Below are positions 9,424 to 19,004 of a stretch of 64,000 nucleotides of DNA, piece after piece. This DNA is from an uncultured bacterium. Lineage in GTDB: Bacteria; Acidobacteriota; HRBIN11; JAKEFK01. Both the position numbers and the translations under genes were made by a program. Positions within the stretch are counted from its first letter, which is position 1. The number at the start of each line of letters is the position of its first letter. The stretch covers positions 32,001-96,000 of the forward strand of contig CAVZQN010000007.1 in assembly GCA_963777505.1 (NCBI GenBank), written 5' to 3'. Below the pieces are notes generated by a model. The model had not been told where the DNA came from and did not search any database. It worked only from the letters and a program-made list of their open reading frames with translations.

Positions 9424-11793
9424 TTGCACCTTGTATCCTGTATCCTGAATCCTGTATCCTGTAACTTGATTCTGGGTGAACGTGGTGTTTTAGTCCGGCA
9501 TCTCGCGGCAATCGCACTGTTGGCTGCCGCATTCTATTTTCTAAAACAGTGGTATTTGTATCAAGGCCCTCTTGATCAAATTCTCTTCATACTCCTCTTT
9601 GCTACTTCCATTCTCCTCGCAATTTGGCGCGCCTTGCGAGTTGTCAATTCCCTTCCAATCATGCGCGTTTTAGTTTGCGGAATTCTCATTTTCCTAATAT
9701 TTCCGTGGGGCGAATGGCTCCGGCTGAGTACTTCCACATCACGTGCCGAGTGGAGTCTTCAACTTTATACCCAGGCAATCTTTCTATATGGATCGTTCCT
9801 CTTCCTGAGCTTTTTACCGGGAATCGTATCGCGTGTGCATTCAGCCATTTTGGCTGCTCTTGAAACAGTTTACAGAAGGCGGCTGCTTTGGATTCCACCT
9901 ATTTTGTTTTTTCTATTTACAAGCTGGATCGCATTTTTCGTTTATAGGCAAACACCAATTGTCCAAGATTCTGCCGCGCACATCTTTCAAGCCAAAATTT
10001 TTCTGAATGGAAAGTTATTTGCACCTGCCCCGCCGGCTCCGGATTTCTTTTCAATCATTGGTGACATGCTTGTCATTCATGACGGCCGTTGGTTCGGAAT
10101 GTATCAGCCGGGTTTTGCCGCTCTTTTAGCATTTGCCATGATGTTAAAAGCGCAATGGTTTCTATCACCGATTTTGGGTGCCGCAACAATTGCAATTTGG
10201 ATCGCTTATGTTCGCCGTTGGCACAATCCGCTTGCCGCTGCACTTTTTTCCTTGTTAGCTCTGCTTTCTCCTTTCCTTTTCATGATGTCTTCAACCATCA
10301 TGGTTTTCACACCTGAACTTTTTACAGCAACATCCATCATCTATTTGTGCCGCTTACAAACAGAACAAGAGCGCTCATGGAGATATGCAGTCATTTTTGT
10401 GCTGTTGTTCTACGGAACGTTGGTCCGTTCATTTTCGCTAATTCCGTTTCTTGCACCCGTGCTTGCATATACCTCGTGGAATCGTTTTCGATCGCGTTCC
10501 TATTTATGTCCAATCATAATTGCCGGAGGAATCATTGCAGGCACTTTAGTGATGATGTGGTATCAAATACAAACCACGGGAAATGCATTACTACCCGGTT
10601 ATCTGATCGAATATCCCGACGTTGGTTATGGATTCGGGCAGCATTTTGCAGGACGTCATACCCCGATTAAGAGCCTGGAAAACATTTCCAATAACTTGCT
10701 CGGAATGAACGACTGGTTAAATGGCTGGATTTCTGGATCCATATTTTTCGTCATTCTATTTTTTATTCTTGAAAAAAGAATCAAAAAATGGGATCTCTTG
10801 CTGCTGCTTGGTTGCGCAGGTCTGGCCAGTTTCTATTTCTTCTTCTTTTTCCAGGATCTCTTTTTCGGACCTCGTTATTATTACTGCCTGGCTCCTGTTT
10901 TCCTTTTAATGGTTACCCGCAGTATTACACCGGACGAAAATGCTTTACCGAAATTGCAACCTTATTTGGTCTGCATTCTTGTTATCTGTACTTCAAGTTT
11001 CCTGTTTTACAAATTACCAAAGTACGTCTATCGTTATCCGCTCGAAAGCAATGGTGGCTATCTTAAAAGCGAAATCGAGGAAAACGGGGATCAGAAAAGG
11101 CTTGTCTTTCTAGACAAGAATATTCAAAACCAATTTGTAAGCTGGAACGATCCGTTTTTGCGAGACCCTGTAATCATTGTTCGAGACTATGGCAGCCGTA
11201 ACCCCGAGGTGATGAGATTCTTTCCAGATTACAAACCCACATATTACCGGATGGAAATTGAATACAAAAAGAAAAAGCTCAAGGCAGAATTCAAGTTTTA
11301 TGACAAGCCAACAGACCGTCATCCGGGTTATTTGAGCTCATTTGAACTAGCTATGACCATGCAGGCTGCCAACAATTATTGGACGAAAGATTGCTTTGAT
11401 ATTACATACACTGATTTATTCAATGCCCATGAATCACCGGCAAACTTAATGTTTCTCGCGAAGGAGGAACAAAGTCTCCCAGCAGTAAGAAGATATAAGG
11501 ATCATTTTCGTGAAGGATTAATTCATTCAGCCAGAATGCTTCTACTTCCAAAGTTAGCTTTTGAAGAACGTGGATTGGAATGGTTTTCTGCTTTTCAACC
11601 GGAACAATTTCGAAAAGAACATTCGTCAGCTGTTCACAGTTTTAAACTAGCCGGAGATGTGGGAAATAGCATTCTTCAACAGCTTGAGAAAGTGCGGAGA
11701 CGGATCGATCGCGATCGAAATGGAGTAATGTCCGATTCAGAATTAAATCGCTTTCTTAATGAAAAGATCCGGATCTTTTTTATGGGCGGCTAG
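9424..11793 (+). CDS. Polytopic GT-C (ArnT/PMT-like) membrane glycosyltransferase; start uncertain
   Basis: Many TM helices; QDSAAHIFQAKIF, WFGMYQPG, GPRYYY; the listed start lies inside the heptamer repeat. Confidence 0.7.
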   Translation: MHLVSCILNPVSCNLILGERGVLVRHLAAIALLAAAFYFLKQWYLYQGPLDQILFILLFATSILLAIWRALRVVNSLPIMRVLVCGILIFLIFPWGEWLRLSTSTSRAEWSLQLYTQAIFLYGSFLFLSFLPGIVSRVHSAILAALETVYRRRLLWIPPILFFLFTSWIAFFVYRQTPIVQDSAAHIFQAKIFLNGKLFAPAPPAPDFFSIIGDMLVIHDGRWFGMYQPGFAALLAFAMMLKAQWFLSPILGAATIAIWIAYVRRWHNPLAAALFSLLALLSPFLFMMSSTIMVFTPELFTATSIIYLCRLQTEQERSWRYAVIFVLLFYGTLVRSFSLIPFLAPVLAYTSWNRFRSRSYLCPIIIAGGIIAGTLVMMWYQIQTTGNALLPGYLIEYPDVGYGFGQHFAGRHTPIKSLENISNNLLGMNDWLNGWISGSIFFVILFFILEKRIKKWDLLLLLGCAGLASFYFFFFFQDLFFGPRYYYCLAPVFLLMVTRSITPDENALPKLQPYLVCILVICTSSFLFYKLPKYVYRYPLESNGGYLKSEIEENGDQKRLVFLDKNIQNQFVSWNDPFLRDPVIIVRDYGSRNPEVMRFFPDYKPTYYRMEIEYKKKKLKAEFKFYDKPTDRHPGYLSSFELAMTMQAANNYWTKDCFDITYTDLFNAHESPANLMFLAKEEQSLPAVRRYKDHFREGLIHSARMLLLPKLAFEERGLEWFSAFQPEQFRKEHSSAVHSFKLAGDVGNSILQQLEKVRRRIDRDRNGVMSDSELNRFLNEKIRIFFMGG
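9430..9462. repeat. Heptamer tandem repeat (TGTATCC)n
   Basis: TGTATCC TGTATCC TGAATCC TGTATCC TGTA. Confidence 0.75.
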
Positions 11794-11876
11794 CTCATAT
11801 AAAAAACGTTTCAACCTTAGAATACAATGATGATTGAATTGCTAGCGGGACAAAGATCGGGGGGCTCGCACGAGAT

Positions 11877-13163
11877 ATGAACGATCCTGTTATTCTCGTT
11901 GAAGATTTAACGAAGATATATCACATTGGGGCTAGAGAAGACTCGTTTCGAACATTCCGGGATGTTGTTTCGTCAGCATTGTCTGCGCCAGCTCGTAGTA
12001 TAAAAAAATGGATCGATCATTCAGTCGACCACAATAGCTCTGACGAGGACCACATTTATGCTTTAAAAAATGTTTCTTTTGAAGTTAAACAAGGTGAAGT
12101 GGTTGGCGTCATCGGTCGCAATGGTGCTGGAAAAAGTACGCTTCTTAAGATTCTTTCGAGAATTACGGAACCAAGTAGTGGATATGCCCAAATCAGAGGC
12201 CGCGTAGGATCGTTGCTGGAAGTTGGAACAGGTTTTCATCCGGAATTAACAGGACGTGAAAATATTTATCTGAACGGCGCGATTCTTGGGATGAGAAAAG
12301 CAGAGATTCAAACAAAGTTTGATGAAATTGTCGCGTTCTCTGAATTAGATAAATTCCTTGATACTCCCGTCAAACATTACTCAAGCGGGATGTATGTTCG
12401 TCTGGCTTTTGCTGTGGCAGCTCATCTTGAGCCAGAGGTGCTCTTAATAGACGAAGTTCTGGCTGTTGGCGATTTGGCCTTCCAAAAAAAGTGCCAAGGC
12501 AAAATGGGAGACGTTGCTCAGCATGGACGAACAATTCTCTTTGTAAGCCACAATATTGTTTCGATTCAAAATTTATGCCCATCTGCAATCTTATTGGACG
12601 ATGGCCAAATGATTTGCCAGAGTGATACAACGAAAGTTCTTCAAAATTATCTTTCTCGAATCAGTGAAGAACCACAAAAGTTCTTGAATACAAGACAAGA
12701 TCGCAAAGGCGATGGAAGCTTACGTTGGAAAGAAGTCTCTTTTGAGAGGGGTGACGGAAAGAAAACATCTACCTTTCTGAGCGGTGAAAGCTTTGTTGCA
12801 AATTTGTACTATGAAGGAAACGTGATTTCTCCATCACATTCAGTCATTGTCGGGATCACGGTAAAAGACAGATTTGATCAGATTCTATTCAACTGCAGTA
12901 ATCAAGTTTCCGGACAAACATTAAGTGGCTGGTCTGAGGCCGGTTATGTTAGTTGCAGGATTCCACGTCTTCCGCTAACATCAGGCACTTATAACATTAA
13001 TTTATTCATTTCAATTAATGGACTCGTTGCTGATTGGATTCAAAACGCAGCTACTTTCAACGTACAAAGCGCAGATTACTTTGGCACAGGACACCTTCCG
13101 CCAGCAACACATGGGAGTTTTCTCGTAGATCATTCTTGGGAACTCCACAAGAAAGAGGAATAG
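11877..13163 (+). CDS. wzt: Polysaccharide ABC exporter ATP-binding subunit with Wzt C-terminal domain
   Basis: GRNGAGKS, GFHPELTGREN, YSSGMYVRLAF, DEVLAVGD; C-terminal Ig-like domain. Confidence 0.93.
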   Translation: MNDPVILVEDLTKIYHIGAREDSFRTFRDVVSSALSAPARSIKKWIDHSVDHNSSDEDHIYALKNVSFEVKQGEVVGVIGRNGAGKSTLLKILSRITEPSSGYAQIRGRVGSLLEVGTGFHPELTGRENIYLNGAILGMRKAEIQTKFDEIVAFSELDKFLDTPVKHYSSGMYVRLAFAVAAHLEPEVLLIDEVLAVGDLAFQKKCQGKMGDVAQHGRTILFVSHNIVSIQNLCPSAILLDDGQMICQSDTTKVLQNYLSRISEEPQKFLNTRQDRKGDGSLRWKEVSFERGDGKKTSTFLSGESFVANLYYEGNVISPSHSVIVGITVKDRFDQILFNCSNQVSGQTLSGWSEAGYVSCRIPRLPLTSGTYNINLFISINGLVADWIQNAATFNVQSADYFGTGHLPPATHGSFLVDHSWELHKKEE

Positions 13164-13269
13164 AATCCACACACAAATGAGTGAAAGCAATTGCGGCTAA
13201 AGACCTTCGGAAAATCTTGCTTATGTCAGAAAAGCATAAACACACAGATCGAGATTTAATCTGAAGTTT

Positions 13270-13983
13270 ATGTTAAAAGAACTGATCCCACGATGGATAA
13301 CAAAGTTTTTTCGGGAACCACAACCAGACCTTTCGCAAAACTACATGGATCCCGATATACCCCAAAAACAGCGCCAGCTGGTCGATCAACAATTAGAAAA
13401 AATGTATCGGGGCGATATCGTTCCGCATTTTAGAGTACTCGCCAACGTTTTTGAAAAACTGGAAAATGGCAAATATGCATTGAAGATTCTAGATGCAGGA
13501 TGTGCTTCAGCTTATTATTCTGAAATCATAAAACATCTAGTCCCACGACCTTTTGATTACGTAGGCTCCGATTACAATCCTGAAATGCTTCAGTTGGCAA
13601 AAGAAAAATATCCTGTACTTCCTTTTTTCAGGATGGATCTGCGGCGATTGGCCTGGCTTGATTCATCGTTTGATGTGGTGATGTCTGGCGCTGTAATTGT
13701 TCATATCAAGGAATGGGAAAAAGCAGTTTCAGAGATCGCGCGAGTCTCAAAGAAATGGCTAATCTTGCACCGCACTCGGGTACGCACAGAGGCAGAAACC
13801 ATCATCAAAGTTGAGACGCATTACGATGTTCAGGTTTATCGAGTGTCGATTGCAGAAAACGAACTGGTCAAGCATTTAAGTGGTTTAAACTTTGAGTTGG
13901 TTTCAAAGATGGATTGTTATGAAGGAGAAATGGAAGAAGGGTTCGGAAATTTTACATATTTGTTTTCGCGGAAGAGACCTTAA
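13270..13983 (+). CDS. Class I SAM-dependent methyltransferase
   Basis: ILDAGCASAYY, SFDVVMS, EIARVSK. Confidence 0.9.
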   Translation: MLKELIPRWITKFFREPQPDLSQNYMDPDIPQKQRQLVDQQLEKMYRGDIVPHFRVLANVFEKLENGKYALKILDAGCASAYYSEIIKHLVPRPFDYVGSDYNPEMLQLAKEKYPVLPFFRMDLRRLAWLDSSFDVVMSGAVIVHIKEWEKAVSEIARVSKKWLILHRTRVRTEAETIIKVETHYDVQVYRVSIAENELVKHLSGLNFELVSKMDCYEGEMEEGFGNFTYLFSRKRP

Positions 13984-15032
13984 TGTCCAATTTTCCTCGC
14001 ATCACCTTTGGAATCATCGTTTTTAATGGTGAACCATTTGTGCGCTACAATCTTCGCGCGCTTTATCCATTCGCTCATGAAATCATTGTAGTCGAGGGTG
14101 CATGCGAAGCCTCTTCCACGCTTACCACAAAAGATGCTCATTCAACCGACGGAACTTTGGAGACTCTCCATCGCTTCAAGAGCGAAGAAGATAAGGAAAA
14201 CAAGCTTCAAATCATAACTCAGGACTCCTTCTGGACAGAAAAAGATCAACAATCGCGGGCATATACAGATCGAGCGACAGGGGACTATATCTGGCAGATT
14301 GATATTGATGAATTTTATCAACCTGAAGATATGTCAAAGATTATCGAAATGATCCGAAAAGATCCTTCGATCTCAGGCGCCTCCATCAAACAAATTACAT
14401 TTTGGGGAGGATTTGATTATTTGACGGATGGATTTTACCTCCGTAGTGGAGCTGATATTTTTCATCGAATATTTCGATGGCAACTTGGATACTCTTACAT
14501 TACACATCGTCCTCCCACTGTTTACGATGTAGAAAAACACGATCTCACATCTTTGAATTGGTTAGATGGAGGAAGGCTCGCGCAAAATGGAATTTTGCTC
14601 TATCACTATTCCCTTTTGTTTCCAAAACAAGTTATTGAAAAATGCGAGTATTACGGCCAGGCTGCATGGGCGGAGCGTCCGATGGCCCAGAAATGGGCTC
14701 AAGACGTCTACATGAATTTAAAAAATCCGTATCGCGTTCACAATGTTTATGATTATCCGAGTTGGTTAGAAAGGTTTAAAGGAAAACATCCGCCTCAGAT
14801 TCAATCGCTTATGAAAGATATTCAGAGTGGTTTTATTAAAACTGAACTCAGAAAAACAGATGACGTGGAAAAACTTCTTCGATCTCCAACTTATAAGATA
14901 GGTCGTTCACTCTTAAAGCAATGTGAACGGATTCAACGAAAATATCAGACACCCTGGAATCGAAATATGTATCGCTTGAAACACCCAATCAATTCCTTCA
15001 AAAACCTTGCACGCAAGATCGTTCGAGAATGA
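13983..15032 (+). CDS. Glycosyltransferase family 2
   Basis: ITFGIIVFNGE, STDGT, WQIDIDEFY (DxD). Confidence 0.85.
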   Translation: MSNFPRITFGIIVFNGEPFVRYNLRALYPFAHEIIVVEGACEASSTLTTKDAHSTDGTLETLHRFKSEEDKENKLQIITQDSFWTEKDQQSRAYTDRATGDYIWQIDIDEFYQPEDMSKIIEMIRKDPSISGASIKQITFWGGFDYLTDGFYLRSGADIFHRIFRWQLGYSYITHRPPTVYDVEKHDLTSLNWLDGGRLAQNGILLYHYSLLFPKQVIEKCEYYGQAAWAERPMAQKWAQDVYMNLKNPYRVHNVYDYPSWLERFKGKHPPQIQSLMKDIQSGFIKTELRKTDDVEKLLRSPTYKIGRSLLKQCERIQRKYQTPWNRNMYRLKHPINSFKNLARKIVRE

Positions 15033-15054
15033 AACGCATTGACGCCCAGAATTT

Positions 15055-16263
15055 ATGAATATTGCAGTTCTTTCCGATTTTGAGACATACGGAGGAGCTG
15101 CAACCGCAACAAGCAGATTGTCCCAGGAACTATGCGAAGCAGGGATCACGGTTACTCGGATCGTCGCCCATGAAGATGGTAATAAGCATTCCTGGAGAAC
15201 GGTACCTCTCAACCAAAAGCGGTTGATGGATCGTATTACACGAAAATCACCTGCCAGTGAAAAGCGGATGCTCAAGCGTCTTGAAGATTTGCTTGAATCG
15301 ATTCGTCCGCAAGTAATTAATGTTCACAATATACATGGTGCGCTATCGGAAGGCTGGTCTATCGACTTTTTGAGTGTTTGCAAGAATTTTGCACCAACAA
15401 TCTGGACGCTTCATGATATGTGGAGTTTTACCGGGCGCTGCGCATACAGTTATGATTGTCGAAAATTCATTGATGGCTGTGATTCAAATTGCCCTACACC
15501 GGATGAATATCCATCACTTGCGCCGGACCAGATCAAACCTGCATGGCTTAATAGGCAGGCAATTTTAACAAATGAAAAAGGAATTTCGTGTGTTACTCCT
15601 TCTCAATGGATGGCGAACGAAGCGCGCGCTGGAATTTGGAACAAATCACAGATCGATGTGATTCCAAATGGTTTGCCGTTAGAAATATTTAAACCCGTGG
15701 ATCGTGCTTATGCGCGAGAAGAGCTGGGAATTGCGTCCAAAGGTATTGTGATGGTTTCTGTTGCACAGAATTTTGATGAACGCAGAAAAGGTGGAATCTA
15801 TTTACAGGAAGGACTCAATCACATTCTTAATCAGGATTTAACATTGATCGTAATGGGACAAGGAAAATTAGAGATGCCCTCTGACCGGTTAAGGATTTGC
15901 TCTTTGGGCTTTGTTGCAGAAGATCGAATAAAGACTCTCGCTTACAGTGCGGCCGATTTCTTAATTCATACAGCTCCTGTTGATAATTTTCCCAATGTCA
16001 TCGTTGAGGCAATGGCTTGTGGCACCCCAACTGTCGCTTTCGATGTTTGTGGCATTCCTGAACTTATCCGCACCGGTGTAACAGGTTGGCTCGCAAAAGA
16101 AGTGAATGCCTCTTCCCTTTCGAATACTGTGCAAACGGCAATTCAAGATATTCAAAGTGGGATTAATCTTCGAGCATCATGCAGGAATGTAGTTGAAGCG
16201 GAATACCCTTTGTCTTTGCAGGCAAAACGTTACGCTGATTTGTTTTCTAATTTAGCGTCCTAA
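15055..16263 (+). CDS. Glycosyltransferase family 4 (WcaC-like)
   Basis: GGAATAT, WTLHDMW.FTG.C, DNFPNVIVEAMACGTP. Confidence 0.92.
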   Translation: MNIAVLSDFETYGGAATATSRLSQELCEAGITVTRIVAHEDGNKHSWRTVPLNQKRLMDRITRKSPASEKRMLKRLEDLLESIRPQVINVHNIHGALSEGWSIDFLSVCKNFAPTIWTLHDMWSFTGRCAYSYDCRKFIDGCDSNCPTPDEYPSLAPDQIKPAWLNRQAILTNEKGISCVTPSQWMANEARAGIWNKSQIDVIPNGLPLEIFKPVDRAYAREELGIASKGIVMVSVAQNFDERRKGGIYLQEGLNHILNQDLTLIVMGQGKLEMPSDRLRICSLGFVAEDRIKTLAYSAADFLIHTAPVDNFPNVIVEAMACGTPTVAFDVCGIPELIRTGVTGWLAKEVNASSLSNTVQTAIQDIQSGINLRASCRNVVEAEYPLSLQAKRYADLFSNLAS

Positions 16264-16293
16264 CCCATCACCGTTTCGCCCAACCACCAGAAT

Positions 16294-16356
16294 AAGGTGA
16301 GCTTCCACCCAAGCTAACTAGAGGTTTTCTGACATGGAACGGGTGGAAGCTCACTT
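16294..16356. repeat. Intergenic inverted repeat
   Basis: AGGTGAGCTTCCACCC ... GGGTGGAAGCTCACTT. Confidence 0.6.
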
Positions 16357-16826
16357 GCTTTGTGGGTGAAAATTACCGTTGTGTAAAAATGCCTCAAGGG
16401 GGCCAAACCAATCGTTCGGCCCCCTATTGCGAGCCAAGTCATCTGACACGTCTTAGAGCCACTTATAAAACTTTAATTCTCAACCTGAGGAGTTAATCTC
16501 AGTCTTTGAAATGTTGGAGGCACAAGCTATGAGTTTTAGTCGTGAACATTTTCAACTGAAACTTCCCATCTCTGAATCGAAATTTCATCTGTTGTCCTAA
16601 AATTTCTTGGACTTCATATCCTGTGCACGACAATACTATTTATAGCGCACCGAAAAATGATGCTGCATGGTAGTGCCTCCCGTAGTGCCGTTATTTTTGT
16701 TTGGGCTGTTACAATGGGTGGATCTCTGATCGAATGATTCCAATTTCTGAAGGTACAATTTGAGTCTCAAACATTTTCTCTTACTATTAAATGTGAGTCT
16801 CTAAACTTTAAAGGAGCATTAAATCG

Positions 16827-18071
16827 ATGACTAAAATAAGACACTTCCTATTCTTCTTACTCCTTTCATTCATCGCTTTTTCTATTGTGTCGGCAGAAAA
16901 TTGGCCAAGTTGGCGCGGGCCTAGGAGCGATGGGACAAGTCAAGAGACAGGCATTCCTTCAAAGTGGAGTAAAACAGAAAACGTGGCCTGGCGTGTGCCT
17001 CTCCCCGGTCCTGCTGGTTCAACTCCTATCATATGGGGAAAACAAATATTTCTTACATCCGGAGAAGAAGACAATATTGTCCTGATTAGCCTCAGTACAG
17101 ATGGGAAAGTTCTATGGAAACAAGTCTTAGGAACTGGAAATAGTTCAGTGCGAGGTGATGAAGCAAATTTCGCGGCACCGTCGCCATCAACAGATGGTAA
17201 ACACGTTTGGACATTTGCGGGTACCGGTGACCTTGCTTGTTTTGATTTTGCAGGCAAACAAATATGGAAAACAAATCTTCAAGAGCGCTATGGCAAGTTT
17301 GATTTGAATTTTGTAATGTCATCCACCCCGGTTCTTGATGGAAACCGTCTTTATGTTCAGCTTCTCCATACCGGCGCTCAACTTGTTCTTGCACTGGATA
17401 AAACAAACGGAAAGGAAGTATGGAAGCATGAGCGCATTAGTGATGCAAAAGAAGAATCACGACATTCTTATGCGTCTCCATTTTTATACCGCGATGGAAA
17501 ACGAGAATTTCTTTTGGTTCATGGAAGCGATTACATTACCGCGCATAAGCTGAGCGATGGAACTGAAATTTGGCGATCCGGAGAACTCAACTCAAAAGAA
17601 AGTTACAATCCCGCTTTCCGTTTTGTTACGTCTCCTGTTGCAGCATCGGGAATCATCATCGTTCCGTCTGCAAAAAAAGGACCGGTGCATGCCATCAATC
17701 CTGATTCACAAAAACTATGGACTCTTCCCAAAGTCACGCCCGACGTACCTTCACCAGTGATCCATGACGGCATCCTTTATCTTTGCCGTGAAAACGGCGA
17801 TCTGATTGCTATTGATGCAAAGAATGGAAAACAGATTTACCTGAATCCAACGCATGAACACAGACATCGCTCTTCTCCGATTTATGCGGATGGAAAGATC
17901 TTTCTCATCGCAAGAGATGGTGTTACGACTGTCGTAAAAGCAGGACAAACATTTGAGGTTTTATCTACCAACGAAATCGGAGAACCCATTTCATCTTCCC
18001 CAGTAGTATCAAATGGAACGCTGTACATTCGAAGTTTCGCGGCGCTCTATGCAATTCGCAACAGCATGTAA
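16827..18071 (+). CDS. Exported PQQ-binding-like beta-propeller protein
   Basis: Signal peptide, ENWPSWRGP, repeated SP / G..W blade motifs. Confidence 0.9.
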   Translation: MTKIRHFLFFLLLSFIAFSIVSAENWPSWRGPRSDGTSQETGIPSKWSKTENVAWRVPLPGPAGSTPIIWGKQIFLTSGEEDNIVLISLSTDGKVLWKQVLGTGNSSVRGDEANFAAPSPSTDGKHVWTFAGTGDLACFDFAGKQIWKTNLQERYGKFDLNFVMSSTPVLDGNRLYVQLLHTGAQLVLALDKTNGKEVWKHERISDAKEESRHSYASPFLYRDGKREFLLVHGSDYITAHKLSDGTEIWRSGELNSKESYNPAFRFVTSPVAASGIIIVPSAKKGPVHAINPDSQKLWTLPKVTPDVPSPVIHDGILYLCRENGDLIAIDAKNGKQIYLNPTHEHRHRSSPIYADGKIFLIARDGVTTVVKAGQTFEVLSTNEIGEPISSSPVVSNGTLYIRSFAALYAIRNSM

Positions 18072-18075
18072 GTTC

Positions 18076-18115
18076 GTAGTAAGGCACGCAGCTGAGCGAC
18101 GCGAGGCAGTGCCGT
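18076..18115 (+). repeat. GTAG-type REP-like element (same family as 167-290)
   Basis: GTAGTAAGGCACGCAGCTGAGCGACGCGAGGCAGTGCCGT between convergent genes. Confidence 0.8.
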
Positions 18116-18943
18116 TTACGTGAGAGATGTTAACTCAGTGCTAATTTGCCAGAGTCGTTCTGCTGCCTCTTTATCATAAGAGATCGGAGAGGATTTGGAC
18201 TCTTTGAGGCCATTGAAATATTTGCCGGATACTTTTTCCATTTCAGGCGAAGTTGCAAGACGAACAATTGCCTCTGAACCTTTTTCGGGTGAACCAGCAA
18301 TCATTCGAACAAGAACGCGCACAAAGCCAGGAGCTTCGCGAAAAATGCCTGTACTTAAAAAGCCTGGATGGAGAGCATTCACAGTTACATTCGATCCTTC
18401 CAACCGCCTGGAAAGCTCGTATGTAAAAAGAAGATTCAATAATTTTGAAAGGCTATACGCACGAAATCCGCCATAATTTTTTTCCATCTGCAGATCATCA
18501 AAATCGAGTTGAGCATTCCGATGTGCTTCGGACGAAACATTGATGATCCGCGCAGGTGCACTTGCTTTGAGTACATCCACCAAAAGGTTCGTGAATAAGA
18601 AATATGCGAGATGATTCACTGCCAATGTCATCTCAATTCCATCCGGAGATAACAATCTTGGTCCGGCCAACCCTGCATTATTCACAAGAATGTGTAAATT
18701 CTTGTATCGCGATTTAAAAACCTCTGCTGCTTTGTGGATTGCAGCTTGAGAAGATAAATCAGCAATTAGAATATCGATATTCTGGTTGCCAGTTTTCTTC
18801 ACAATTTCTTTTTTAGTCTCCTCTGCTAACTCCGGATTTCTAGCAACCATCACAACTGTTGCTCCGCGGCGCGCAAATTCCACGACAGTGGACTTCCCTA
18901 TTCCACTCGTTGATCCAGTAACAACAGCAACTTTATTTTCCAT
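18116..18943 (-). CDS. Short-chain dehydrogenase/reductase (retinol dehydrogenase-like)
   Basis: TGSTSGIG, NNAG, YSLSK, HPG. Confidence 0.95.
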   Translation of the reverse strand: MENKVAVVTGSTSGIGKSTVVEFARRGATVVMVARNPELAEETKKEIVKKTGNQNIDILIADLSSQAAIHKAAEVFKSRYKNLHILVNNAGLAGPRLLSPDGIEMTLAVNHLAYFLFTNLLVDVLKASAPARIINVSSEAHRNAQLDFDDLQMEKNYGGFRAYSLSKLLNLLFTYELSRRLEGSNVTVNALHPGFLSTGIFREAPGFVRVLVRMIAGSPEKGSEAIVRLATSPEMEKVSGKYFNGLKESKSSPISYDKEAAERLWQISTELTSLT

Positions 18944-19004
18944 GGTATTCACAATATGGAACAAAACTGAACGTATTCAACTCCCCATGCTACTATAAAT
19001 TCCT

